A stretch of DNA of 63,696 nt, counting the filler, from Octopus bimaculoides (taxonomy: Eukaryota): the NCBI RefSeq assembly GCF_001194135.2. It is 5 parts of 5 records of this genome, joined end to end, with 100 filler letters (N's around TTAATTAATTAA, not from the genome) between each part and the next. Parts side by side here need not be neighbours in the genome. Positions count along the whole stretch, not along the records: positions 15,861 to 42,384 come from NC_068987.1; positions 42,485 to 54,941 come from NC_069006.1; 3 more parts are not named here. One strand, 5' to 3'. This document shows, in pieces, positions 40,148-52,585 of this stretch. Each line of letters opens with the position of its first letter. Position 1 is the stretch's first letter. The notes beneath the pieces were generated by a model. That model had not been told where the DNA came from and ran no database searches. It was given only the letters and a program-made list of their open reading frames with translations. Both the position numbers and the translations under genes were made by a program.

Positions 40148-40518
40148 CACACACACATACATACATATATATGTGTGTGTGTGTACACACACATATGTGC
40201 TTGTTTGTATCAATGCGTGTGCAAGTGGGAGTGAGTGTAGCATTTAATTGTTATCTTGAAAAACAACTGCGATCCGAAATACTAGATCCTTAGGAGGGAA
40301 ACAATATTACTCTTTAACAATAATACTCTATCCTTTAAGGGCTCAGCGACATTGGAGATGCATTTGGTGTTTGATGCAGGGAAATCTTTGAATGACGTAC
40401 AGTAGCAAATGAAACCATTTTCCATTTGTAATTGTTCTGAAATTTGTGCTACGTATACCACTGGTATTTTGTAATATAATTGCAATAGCAACGTACAAAT
40501 CATGACCATGTATATTTT

Positions 40519-40585
<67 letters not shown>

Positions 40586-40712
40586 GTTGCTTCTTTTGTA
40601 GTCACTCTTATTCAATGATATGCTAACCTCTTGATTGTGGTCTTTGTTTTAGACATTACTTGTATGAGTACACCTACGTATATATCATTATGTTTGAATT
40701 TTAGTGCTTTTT

Positions 40713-40752
<40 letters not shown>

Positions 40753-41446
40753 NNNNNNNNNNNNNNNNNNNNNNNNNNNNNNNNNNNNNNNNNNNNNNNN
40801 NNNNNNNNNNNNNNNNNNNNNNNNNNNNNNNNNNNNNNNNNNNNNNNNNNNNNNNNNNNNNNNNNNNNNNNNNNNNNNNNNNNNNNNNNNNNNNNNNNNN
40901 NNNNNNNNNNNNNNNNNNNNNNNNNNNNNNNNNNNNNNNNNNNNNNNNNNNNNNNNNNNNNNNNNNNNNNNNNNNNNNNNNNNNNNNNNNNNNNNNNNNN
41001 NNNNNNNNNNNNNNNNNNNNNNNNNNNNNNNNNNNNNNNNNNNNNNNNNNNNNNNNNNNNNNNNNNNNNNNNNNNNNNNNNNNNNNNNNNNNNNNNNNNN
41101 NNNNNNNNNNNNNNNNNNNNNNNNNNNNNNNNNNNNNNNNNNNNNNNNNNNNNNNNNNNNNNNNNNNNNNNNNNNNNNNNNNNNNNNNNNNNNNNNNNNN
41201 NNNNNNNNNNNNNNNNNNNNNNNNNNNNNNNNNNNNNNNNNNNNNNNNNNNNNNNNNNNNNNNNNNNNNNNNNNNNNNNNNNNNNNNNNNNNNNNNNNNN
41301 NNNNNNNNNNNNNNNNNNNNNNNNNNNNNNNNNNNNNNNNNNNNNNNNNNNNNNNNNNNNNNNNNNNNNNNNNNNNNNNNNNNNNNNNNNNNNNNNNNNN
41401 NNNNNNNNNNNNNNNNNNNNNNNNNNNNNNNNNNNNNNNNNNNNNN

Positions 41447-41491
<45 letters not shown>

Positions 41492-41877
41492 CATATATAT
41501 ATATTTATATATTCACTTATATTTGAATACAGATGCAAAAATGTTCTCACAAATAACCGTGTTCACAAACGTACATAAACGTACATATATGCGCGTGTGT
41601 TCGCGTGCGTTTATATATGGATTGAATGTGAGTATAATTTTGTATTTTTCTGTATTTTTCGTATATAATATTTCGTATATTTATCAATTATATTCTTCAT
41701 TTATTTTCATATGTAATATTCGAAGGACAAAAGCCAAACCAGTGCACGTTCACACCTCACGCCAATAATATACATACATAAACACACACATTTTCAAAAG
41801 TATATATATATAAATAGATAGATATATACATACATACTTACATACTTACAAATACACACACACACACACACACACAG

Positions 41878-41912
<35 letters not shown>

Positions 41913-42350
41913 AATTCTTACTCATAGTTAACCACATACTCTGTGTGTGTTTATGTGTGTTCGTGTACTGCGAAACTGTTTTAACACAATATATACACAT
42001 AGATAGAAAATTTCACAGATATATATGACAAACCAGAGAGAAAGCAACAAATAAAAGGTAAATATGAGAATAAAAATGTTAAAACATTAGAAACAAACAT
42101 ATTTCAGAAAAGTTAGAAAACAAACAAAAACGAACGGAAACAAAACAACACCAATAAAACCTGTTATATGTTGAAATGCGACATATTGTCTAACAAGTAT
42201 AAAATATATATCATTAATTAATGCCCCCAAGTAGACATTAGGTTGTTCTTGTCTTGTGTTTAAATTCTTTTATGTAATATTTATGTCTTCAATAATTATC
42301 TTGTCTTTCTCTTAAATTTAATATTCTATATTTAATAGTAAATACAGTTA

Positions 42351-42384
<34 letters not shown>

Positions 42385-42484
42385 NNNNNNNNNNNNNNNN
42401 NNNNNNNNNNNNNNNNNNNNNNNNNNNNTTAATTAATTAANNNNNNNNNNNNNNNNNNNNNNNNNNNNNNNNNNNNNNNNNNNN
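42385..42484. other. Synthetic scaffold join
   Basis: N44-TTAATTAATTAA-N44. Confidence 0.9.
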
Positions 42485-42520
<36 letters not shown>

Positions 42521-42725
42521 GTGACACCCGCTATACATCCGCACTTGTAAACTTCTACACAGATACATCCGTCATAAAGCCATATACACCCAACGTCTTC
42601 CTTTTTAACTCACTCTATAAAACCACATTCTCACCAATCCCCTAAACTCCCACTCGTGTCATTCTTCTCTCACTGATAGTTTCTCTTTCACATTCATTCT
42701 ATGCTTCTTTTTTTTCCTATTCTTT

Positions 42726-42755
42726 CTGATGAAGGACTAATGTCCGAAATATTGC
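42726..42755 (+). ncRNA. Decayed hammerhead-like motif
   Basis: CTGATGA-A-GGAC-TAAT-GTCC-GAAA-TAT-T; perfect 4-bp stem II, palindromic ATAT helix III, stem I not supported. Confidence 0.45.
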
Positions 42756-43446
42756 GTGTCTTTCTCTTCCCATTCAAGCGTTAAGCGAATACCATGTTTG
42801 TTAAACGTTATCCCTCCTGTGTTATCGTTTTCCATTATTCGTTGCATTTACACGGTATGTGTCTGTGTGGGTGTACATGTATGTGCATTAATACATAAAT
42901 ATTCAAACCTATACATACGTACATACATGCCTCTCTCTCTTTCTCTCTCTCCTGTCTGTCTGTGTCTCTCTGTGTCTCTCTGTCTGTGTCTGTATCTGTC
43001 TGTCTGTCTCTTTCTCTTTAAAATGTGAACAATAAAAATTTGTAAAACGGAGCAAAAAAAAAGAGGATAGACAAAAACACAAACAAAAAAATCAAAAACC
43101 GCCGAAATAACCAATTGTGTTAGTGAAATGACACTATATTTTGTCTGGCGTTTCTCTAGAAATCAAAGGTCGCTGTACATTTACCAATTCCTTAACATAG
43201 GTGCAGTGTCAGTCATTGAGTCTATAATGTAATTTGACGATAAAGGAAGCTCACACGTAAATATGTTTTTATGAATGAATGTGTGTGGGTCTGTGTGTAA
43301 ATGTGTGCGGGTCTGTGTGTGAATGTGTGCGTAGGAGGGATAGGTTAATGTATTCGGAATCTGATTTGGCTCTGTCGTTACAGTGAATCTTTCGTTTTTG
43401 TTTACCTTCATATGTGTGTGTGCATGTATGTGTGTTTGTGCGTGTT

Positions 43447-43489
<43 letters not shown>

Positions 43490-43608
43490 ACGTGCATAAA
43501 TATATATATGCGCATACATATATATGTGTGTACGACTTAGTGCCTGCGTGTGTTTATTTATGTATACGTGTGCATGTATGCATTAAGATGTATACATATA
43601 TATGATTC

Positions 43609-43675
<67 letters not shown>

Positions 43676-43710
43676 NNNNNNNNNNNNNNNNNNNNNNNNN
43701 NNNNNNNNNN

Positions 43711-43792
<82 letters not shown>

Positions 43793-43985
43793 TGTTATAT
43801 TTCGGGACGGTCATTTTTTTTTGCCAAATAAACACACGCACTATATATATATTCTTCACTCGTTTATTACTGTTCTTATTCTAACTCATGTCCAGTGCTC
43901 GGAAATCTTTCGTTACACATCTGTGACCTCTTCAGCAACACTTTTCGTTTTCGTGTGTGTTCTCGCTCCACTTACTCCATTCTCT
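43793..43985 (-). repeat. Dispersed repeat (probable PLE terminal repeat)
   Basis: Homologous to 29925-30090 (GTGCGTGTGTTTATTTGG...AAATGACCGTCCCGAAATA). Confidence 0.8.
43894..43942 (-). ncRNA. Type I minimal hammerhead ribozyme motif, slightly decayed
   Basis: Minus strand AGTGTTG-CTGAAGA-GGTCACA-GATG-TGTAAC-GAA-AGATTT-C-CGAGCACT; bulged stem I, stem II with one mismatch, near-palindromic helix III. Confidence 0.6.
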
Positions 43986-44202
43986 CTTTCTCTCTCTCTA
44001 TATATATATATATAAATTCTTTCATTCTGTTATTACCTGAGTAATATATATGGATAGAATATGATACGATAACCCAATAATTTCCAAAAATCGAGTAAGG
44101 CGATACTTCAGTTTTTCAATGTACGAATAAGTAGCTAAATTTGCCTTGTTTATTATTTATTATATAGTTTACATACAAGCATATTTACATACATATACAT
44201 AT

Positions 44203-44255
<53 letters not shown>

Positions 44256-44509
44256 AAATACGAGATAATATATAATATACATATATATATACATGCATAT
44301 ATGGATACAGGACGTCACCATTAGTGCAAATAACATAAAATACGTAAACAAACAACTTAAATACGTAAACAACGAGAAAAAAATGGGAAACAGGACAAGT
44401 AAACACAGAGAAAGGACCCTTCATCAGTTGTCGGCTGTCTATATATGCTCCAAATAATTCTGTATTTCACGTTTTTTATTTGCAATTTCTATAATTGTAC
44501 AATACTGAA

Positions 44510-44551
44510 ATAAACTAGTACTTTCATGCGTTACGCAATCATCAGGTTTAT
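44510..44551 (-). ncRNA. Type I minimal hammerhead ribozyme motif
   Basis: Minus strand ATAAAC-CTGATGA-TTGCGTAACGCAT-GAA-AGTACT-A-GTTTAT; 6-bp stem I, TGCG/CGCA stem II, perfect palindrome AGTACT, predicted CUA site. Confidence 0.75.
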
Positions 44552-44995
44552 GCAGTGACAGTCGTGTTCCACAATTGACAACTGTGGTGAAATGGTTAAA
44601 ATTTATCCTTAAAATACCCTCCGATGGGCTCCAACCAGCTGAATCTTACGAACTGTATTTTGACCAATCAGCACATGGTTTAGATGTCACGATTTGGTGA
44701 GTGGGCCAACTAAGTTCTAACTGTATTTCGACCAGTCAGTTTGGTGGGCACGTCAAGGATTCTTTACTTCGACTGCACCTAAATCGTTTGGCTATATTTT
44801 GGAATGTTGCAAACAACATTCCTATTTTCATTGTTTTCTATCGTTACTATTCCAGAAATTTTCACATTTCAATTGAGTCAGTGTTCATATGGTCAACTCT
44901 GTTACCATCCTCACCAAAACCTTTATTATTGTTGTTGTTGTTAGTGGTGGCGGTAGTAGCAGTAGTACTTATTATCACCATTATCATTATAATCG

Positions 44996-45265
44996 TTACT
45001 TTAACTGTCTATTTAAAACTGGTTTGAATTCACCAATAAAATAATTTGTTTCTTTGACTCTTCTCTAAACTTCATTTGAGTCGCGTAGTTTGTAGAATGA
45101 GAATATCATAGACTTTTTCTAACTACATGTTGCCAGGTGGTTGCTTAAAGGGATTTGCTGGACAGCAGGGTCCCCAATTTGTTGTTGGTGCACACGTGAA
45201 CGTTCCGATAGTGCATTCCCAATATGACCAACGTATATCTCTTCAAATTTTACTTTGTATAGGTG
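44996..45265 (-). mobile_element. Penelope-like element GIY-YIG endonuclease 3' fragment
   Basis: One frame with two premature TAG: LYKVKFEEIYVGHIGNALSERSRVHQQQIGDPAVQQIPLSNHLATCS*KKSMIFSFYKLRDSNEV*RRVKETNYFIGEFKPVLN. Confidence 0.8.
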
Positions 45266-45487
45266 TGTCTGTGTGATTCTGTGTTTGAGAGGTGGGGGTA
45301 GACGGATGGTGGGGGGTAACAAGTTAAAGTTTGTTCGAAATAGATGGCGATTGCAAACATGCCGACAGAACCTCACCCCACCGCACATCATCATCATTAT
45401 CATCATCGTTGTCGCTGTCGTCATCATCATCATCATCATCATGTTTTAGATATTGCGACAGCAGTAACAATATTTAAAACAATAAAC

Positions 45488-45522
<35 letters not shown>

Positions 45523-45554
45523 GTTCCAGATATATTTGTGATGATTTGTAGGAA

Positions 45555-45720
45555 TATTAAATTTACCTCCGTACATAGCTGGTACTTTAATTTAGCGATA
45601 CAGGATGGGTGAAAGTCAAAGTTAAATTCGGTGTGATTCGAACGTAGAATGGTAAGGTCTGTAACTTAATACGCGACAGACTTTTGACCGAGTCTCTACT
45701 GATTCTGCCGATCTACTGGC
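45555..45720 (-). mobile_element. Degenerate SINE family A
   Basis: CTGGTACTT...GAAAGTCAAAGTT...GATTCTGCC. Confidence 0.5.
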
Positions 45721-46259
45721 CCGAAGAAGTAGAAGAAAAAAAGAAATGATGATGGTGATGATGATGATGATGATGATGACGATGAATTTCAGGCCGAAGA
45801 TGATGTTGATGATAATGACTATGATGATGAAATAGAAGAAGAAGAAGAAGAAAAACACCAACAACAACGACAACAGCTGCGGCAACTGTGTCAAAAGGCA
45901 GTGACATCGCGACGGGATTCTAAGAGATTTAGGAAGAAGGAAATTCTAGCCGAAATCGGTTAGTTTCATCTGATTTACAACTCTTCAGACTGCTGTTGGT
46001 CGTGGCCTTGGTGTTGTTGAGTTGTTGTTGATGTTGTTTAACACGTCGAATATTACGATTTCTGTGTTTTCTTTTTTTTTTTTTTNNNNNNNNNNNNNNN
46101 NNNNNNNNNNNNNNNNNNNNNNNNNNNNNNNNNNNNNNNNNNNNNNNNNNNNNNNNNNNNNNNNNNNNNNNNNNNNNNNNNNNNNGGTGGTAGTAGTAGT
46201 AGTAGTAGTAGTGATGGTGGCGGCAGCGGTATTCGAGTAAACGGTGTCGGCAGTCACGT

Positions 46260-46450
46260 CAGTGGCAGACGATATATCATCACCATCATCATCATTGTCA
46301 TCGTCGTCGTCGTCATCATCATCATCATCAACCTCATCATCATCATCATCACCATCATCCCATCATCATCATCATCATCAGCATCATCGTTTTTACCATC
46401 ATCACCATCACCATAATCATCTCTCGTCACCACCACCACCACCACCACCA
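46260..46450. repeat. (CAT/CAC/CGT)n low-complexity tract
   Basis: Degenerate trinucleotide tandem. Confidence 0.9.
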
Positions 46451-46739
46451 CAAACATCACCAACACGTGCCAATGACAAAGAGCCTTCGCGTAGTCACTC
46501 GTAATGCTAGTAATAGTAACCAGATTTCCAAACCACACTTCATCGTCTTAAACAAGGGAAGTGGGTACATTTTATAATCAGATACATTGTATTTGAAAAA
46601 CAAAACAAGACAGCAATAAAAGGTGTATTGGTCACTGTTGGATTGACTTTTTTGGTCGTAAACATCTCTATTTGATGAGAGCTGATCAACAACATCATCT
46701 TCGTCATTAGTCAGCATCATAGTTACCGCCAACATCATT

Positions 46740-46776
<37 letters not shown>

Positions 46777-47812
46777 CCACCGCCGCCGCCGTCACCGCTG
46801 CCGCCACCACCACAAGAAGCAATTAGTGTACGGAGAAAATATTCTGACAGATTTAAAATAGATTAAGTAGGGGGAGGAGGAGAAAAGATAAGAGAGAACG
46901 GGTGTGTATGGGGAGGGGGTGAGAAGGAGGGGGAAGACAACGAATAACAACACTTATAATAATAATAATAATAATAATAACAACAATAATAAGACGAAGA
47001 AGAAGAAAGAAAGTAAATAGGAGAAATTGAAGGAGGGAGAGAATGAGAGGATGAAGAAGCAGAAGAAGAGGAATGAAAGAAAAAAAGAAAGAAGAAAAGA
47101 AAAGAAAAGAAGAGAAGCAGAAGGAAAAGAAAAGAAAAGAAATAGTAGTAAGAGGAGGTAGGGGAAGGAAGAGGAGAAAAAGAAGTGAAAGAAGAAGAAG
47201 AGAACACAAAGAACATTTCCTTAGGTACGACTTTGGGAATGAAATTTATTTTTAGAGGAAAGATGTTGGAAGAGGTGGCGTGCAATCATGTCCATTAACC
47301 GACACGAGAGAAGTAAAATAATTCAAGCGGGGAATGAAACCGCATTGGCATGGTTGCTCTACATACATAGTAATGAAAAGGTCATTCAGATCTTTTGTCA
47401 AGGTCTTTCTCGTCAGATATGACCAAGGTTCCGAAAATGGTTCATGTGGGAATTGAACTTACAACAGCGAGATGTAATAAAATGTTTCTGTTCAACATGT
47501 AATGGATGTATGTTACCAATAACGTTAATAGTGTTTAACTATGAATTGTGGAAGTAACATCATTATTGCAAACATTGTGGCATAAAAGTATATTCCTAAC
47601 ATCATCTTCCATATGATAACACACTAGTTAGTATGTAAATTTTAGCTGCAATGTTATTACCAATTCGAATATCCCAGTAGCAACTTCGAACTCGTAAAGA
47701 AGCCATTCACTGTTTTATCATGGAGAAAATTTCTCGCTGTAGATTTAATTTTCTCAGTTATCTTTCAGTGTATCGAGAGTATCAATTTGTCAGTTCAAGT
47801 ACGACACGGTAA

Positions 47813-48750
47813 ATGAAGAGATACACCGTGCTCGTGACACTATCCGCCAACCACAGAAACTCAGAGATCGCCAGCTTCTTGTACGTAGCCAAGTCCATCG
47901 TGATCAACGTCAGATAAAAAAAAATAGAAGCCTTTGGTAGGAACGTGTCATCTGTGACTAGGAGAAAATGAAAAAAATATCAAACATTCCCAGCAGTCAA
48001 ATGTTATAGTGATGGTGAAGATTGTCCAGTAAGACAAGGATGTCATCAACGATAACCCCAGTCTGCTAATGAGTGCCATGAAGGAGTAGCTCATGGTGGC
48101 AGGATCCACTATCTTCAGTGTGGTGCACGAAGGGATCGGATACAAGTCTTATGTGATGAGGAAAGGGTAGTCCGTATCCAGGAATATTGGTGCTTCCTCA
48201 ACAAGCTCAATCACTTCAGGAAAACTCTTCAGAGCCTGTTTTCCTCCTACCTCACAAAATCTTCAACTGCGATTAGAAGGTGCACGGGAAGAAAGACAGG
48301 TGACTGCGTGGACCCCCCCCCCCCAAGGAAGAATCCACATTTTTACACATCACTTTCCTGTCAGACAAATAATCTTAGATGTCATGAGCAACGAAAGCTA
48401 AGCCATGCTAACCCGCTTATTCTCGCAGAGCTTCAGGGTCAGTTCTGCAGCATACACCGATTTGCTGTACACAGGATTCTACTCACTCTCACATGTCTCT
48501 TGCAACCCAGGAGTGGTTGACCGAGAATTTCTTCGATCATGTGACCCGCAACATATGGTCGTGTACCTCGAACCCTCTGGACTCTTAAATCTAGGATATT
48601 GTCGAGGGGGAGACCAACCGTCGGCTGCCCAGTATCAAGGATACATTAAAGTCTGCTATCAAGGCAAGAGAACCATGGCATGAAGTCGTTCTGTAGCAGA
48701 TTCCAGGCCGTTAGTGAGGCGGAGTGGGGAGTTGACTGAATCATATGTTT
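47813..48750 (+). mobile_element. Decayed maT (DD37D-like) transposase, second lineage
   Basis: Colinear: MKRYTVLVTLSANHRNSEIASFL, INDNPS, VVHEGIGYKSYVMRKG, FLNKL, KIFNCD*KV, VMSNES, TQEWLTENFFDHVTRNIW, NPLD. TIRs not recognised. Confidence 0.75.
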
Positions 48751-49049
48751 GTGTAATGTACCGAGTTGAACATGCGCGCTACTTATTCTCAATTACATGG
48801 CGCACCCTAAACATACATACTTGGAAATAGATTTTGGGAATAATCGAAATTAATTGCGAAATCCAGCGATTATTATCGGTGATTTTTTTTTACGTGATTT
48901 GTTTGTCACGAATATGATTATCATTGGATCATTGGGATATAACTCTGGAGGAAGCAATTGCAACAAATTCTCCAAAACAAGTCAGAGATCTGTTTGCAGA
49001 TCTTCCCATTCAGGGTCAGTTGCTTAAAAGCTATATACTAGCTTAATAT

Positions 49050-49420
49050 ATTTTGTTTTACTTGTTCCCGTCATTAAACTGCGGCCATGCTGGGGCACAG
49101 TCTTGAAGAATTTAGTCGAACAAATGTCCGAACGTTAACTTTAGGGTGTGGAAACAAGTCAACATCGGTGTGTGTGTGTGTGTGTGTGTGTGAAGGTGCG
49201 TGGCTTAGTGGTTAGGGTATTCAGCTCACGGTAGTAAGGTTGTGAGTTCGATTTCCAGCGGTGCATGCTTGAGCAAGACTCCACAAGACTCCACTCAGAA
49301 GGCTTTGGTCGGCCCGAGGCTATAGTAGAAGACTCTTGCCCAAGGTACCACGCAGTGGAATTGAACCCAGAACCGTGTGGTTGGTAAGCAAGCTTCTTAC
49401 CACATAGCCACGCCTGTGCC
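49050..49420 (-). mobile_element. SINE family B interrupted by a family C head
   Basis: ACTGCGGCCATGCTGGGGC at the left; GGCTTTGGTCGGCCCGAGGCTATAGTAGAAG...AAGCTTCTTACCACATAGCCACGCC at the right. Confidence 0.8.
49195..49285 (+). mobile_element. tRNA-derived SINE head (family C)
   Basis: A box TGGCTTAGTGG (49201-49211), B box GAGTTCGATTTCC (49244-49256), then TTGAGCAAGAC; no CCA or acceptor stem. Confidence 0.65.
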
Positions 49421-49590
49421 TATATCTACTTCCATATCTTCACTCATACAGACTACCTCATACCACACAAGCCACCACCACCACCACCATTACATCTCTT
49501 CCAGCATCAGCAGGACCACCATCACTCGCACTGCCGCACCAAATAACCAAAATACCTAGAAAATGCAACCTCCGCCAACACCACCAGAAT

Positions 49591-49661
<71 letters not shown>

Positions 49662-49851
49662 CATATGCATACATACATACATACCTATATGCATACATAC
49701 ATACACTCATGTACACAGAGCATTACAATAGGCGAATAGGCGTATATATATTATGTGCATATATATACATGTATATATATATATATATACAGACAGACAT
49801 ACATGTGTGCGTGTGTGCACGGGCTCGTATATGTGTGTGTGCGTGTGTGTG

Positions 49852-49909
<58 letters not shown>

Positions 49910-51289
49910 TTTTGTAGCAAAGCATGGGCCGACATTTATAGAATAACTTCTCTCAGTAAACCTTACCGGATATATGGATTTTATATTAAGTTTGCTATAC
50001 TTAACTGCTTTCTAACTATGTGCGCACAATATATAGACATACACCCGCTCACACTCACATACACATATGCCCATAACTATATATATATATATATATATAG
50101 ACAGACACGGTTTACGTACACATGTATGCACGCATACGTGCATATGCACATGTGCAGATATCTATGTACACATATACTTATATATTCATATAAATATACT
50201 CAAGAACGGATGCATGTTGGCACATGTATGTATCTATGCTTCTATGTGTCTATGCATACATATGGATTTACAGACGCAAATGTACATCCGCAAGTACACA
50301 TTTCCATCGTTCTCTATACAGACACTGCACGTGTAACTGTATATGAACATGCGCGTGTAGAACACGCAATGGTACACACAGAGAGAGGCTGCTTTCTTCT
50401 TTACCTTCGTTAATTCTTTCTCCTCTGTCTGCATATATATATATATATATATATATATANNNNNNNNNNNNNNNNNNNNNNNNNNNNNNNNNNNNNNNNN
50501 NNNNNNNNNNNNNNNNNNNNNNNNNNNNNNNNNNNNNNNNNNNNNNNNNNNNNNNNNNNNNNNNNNNNNNNNNNNNNNNNNNNNNNNNNNNNNNNNNNNN
50601 NNNNNNNNNNNNNNNNNNNNNNNNNNNNNNNNNNNNNNNNNNNNNNNNNNNNNNNNNNNNNNNNNNNNNNNNNNNNNNNNNNNNNNNNNNNNNNNNNNNN
50701 NNNNNNNNNNNNNNNNNNNNNNNNNNNNNNNNNNNNNNNNNNNNNNNNNNNNNNNNNNNNNNNNNNNNNNNNNNNNNNNNNNNNNNNNNNNNNNNNNNNN
50801 NNNNNNNNNNNNNNNNNNNNNNNNNNNNNNNNNNNNNNNNNNNNNNNNNNNNNNNNNNNNNNNNNNNNNNNNNNNNNNNNNNNNNNNNNNNNNNNNNNNN
50901 NNNNNNNNNNNNNNNNNNNNNNNNNNNNNNNNNNNNNNNNNNNNNNNNNNNNNNNNNNNNNNNNNNNNNNNNNNNNNNNNNNNNNNNNNNNNNNNNNNNN
51001 NNNNNNNNNNCGTGTTTGTGTGGGGTTGTAGGTGTTAGGTACGTGTACGTATGTGTGTGTATTTTGTATGTGCGCGTGTGTGTATGTATATGTTTTCTGT
51101 GCGTGCGTGTGTGTTTGTGTGTATGTGTATGTTGTGTGTATGTGCGTTGCTGTGTACGTGTGTGTGCGTGCGTTTGCTATTGTATATGCGTGTGTTGTTT
51201 ATGCCCATGTGTGTGTGATTGTATGCGTGTCTGTGTGAGTGTGTAGTGTTGGTGAGAAGTGTGTGTGTGTATATATATATATATATGCA

Positions 51290-51420
51290 CAAGTATACCC
51301 GCAGGTGTATCTGGGACAGTCCCACAACGTGGGCAAATGTTTTTTTACTATGACCTCGGGCCGACCAAAGCCTTGTGAGTGGATTTCGTAGATGGAAACT
51401 AAAAGAGGCCCGTCGTATAT
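51290..51420 (+). mobile_element. SINE family B fragment
   Basis: CCTCGGGCCGACCAAAGCCTTGTGAGTGGATTT...GCCCGTCGTAT. Confidence 0.75.
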
Positions 51421-51589
51421 ATATACATATACATACATACATATATATAGTTACCAGGGTAGCAAAAATTCACACAAGTACCAAGGATGTAACAGCCTAC
51501 TTATAAAGGTAGAAACTCCAGGTTTAGGTGAAATGTTTTGATGTAATATAGATATATAAATAAATGGAGTTTCCATTTATATATATAGT

Positions 51590-51880
51590 TCCAAATATTG
51601 TTACAAGGCCAGCAATTTTAGGGAATGGGATAAGTCGACTACATCGACCCCAATACTCAAATGGTACTTATTTCATCGACCCCGAGGATGAAAGGCAAAA
51701 TCGGTGACATTTATGAGTGTGGTTTGTGTATGTATATGCACATACGAACACAAACGCGCGCGCACACCCAACCACATACACCCACACACACACACATTTG
51801 AGCTCAGAAGGTAAAGACGGACGAAATGTCGCTAAGCATTTTGCCCGGCGTGCTAACGATTCTACCAGCTCGCCGCCTTC
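51590..51880 (-). mobile_element. SINE family A with an internal 87-bp insertion
   Basis: Family A halves flank a TG/CA-rich segment at 51713-51799. Confidence 0.8.
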
Positions 51881-52585
51881 CACATTTTTTAAACTTATAA
51901 AATATTGCTCCTAAATACCCAGAATGCACATCGCCATTCAGAAAGTATATTTTTGTAGTTGTTTTAGCAATATATACAGGAATTTTCGTTAAAATTGTGT
52001 GAGAAGAATGCCTCGTTTATTTCTGCAGCCCCGTCGGTTACTGCACCGCTTTTAAAAGTCTCTCTGCCTGCAGTTTGGATTGTTGTTGAAGGTGACAACA
52101 TTGATAATATTTTCTGAAGTATTGGTGAAGTCTACATTACAATTCCCTTCCACCATACTCACAGCTTTCAAGGAAATGCTGGCAACATTAGCTTGCTATC
52201 CCATCTTCGCAGTTTTCAGAAGATGATTGTTTGCACTTCACACAATTTCGTCGCTCAGTCCAAACTGGTTATCTTCCAGAAGTTGTTGAATTCACTCCAG
52301 AGCTTGGCGAGTCATTGTTCAAGGCTAGTTTATTGAATTACTAACATGTTCCTGATATTCCTGACTGCATTTCGTAATACGGCTTTACTCGATGTAAAAA
52401 AAATGTGAGTAATAATAGCTCTTCAATTGCGCATTATCGTATTTGTGTGAACCGCGTATCTCTCTGAGAGGTTTTCAGCCTGTGAGAGTTAGCGAAAATT
52501 TGAATTTCTTCCATACATACATACATACATACATGTGGTTAGGAAGCAAGTTTCTTAACACACAGCCACGCCTGCGCCTATACAT

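Noticed and set aside
45960-45995. Minus-strand CTGAAGA...GAAA as a hammerhead
   Set aside because: No stem II or stem I complementarity.
46457-46822. 121-aa minus-strand ORF with poly-Ala
   Set aside because: Driven by GCC/CAC repeats, with no recognisable domain or splice context.
49195-49270. tRNA gene
   Set aside because: A and B boxes are present but there is no acceptor stem, and it continues into SINE body sequence.
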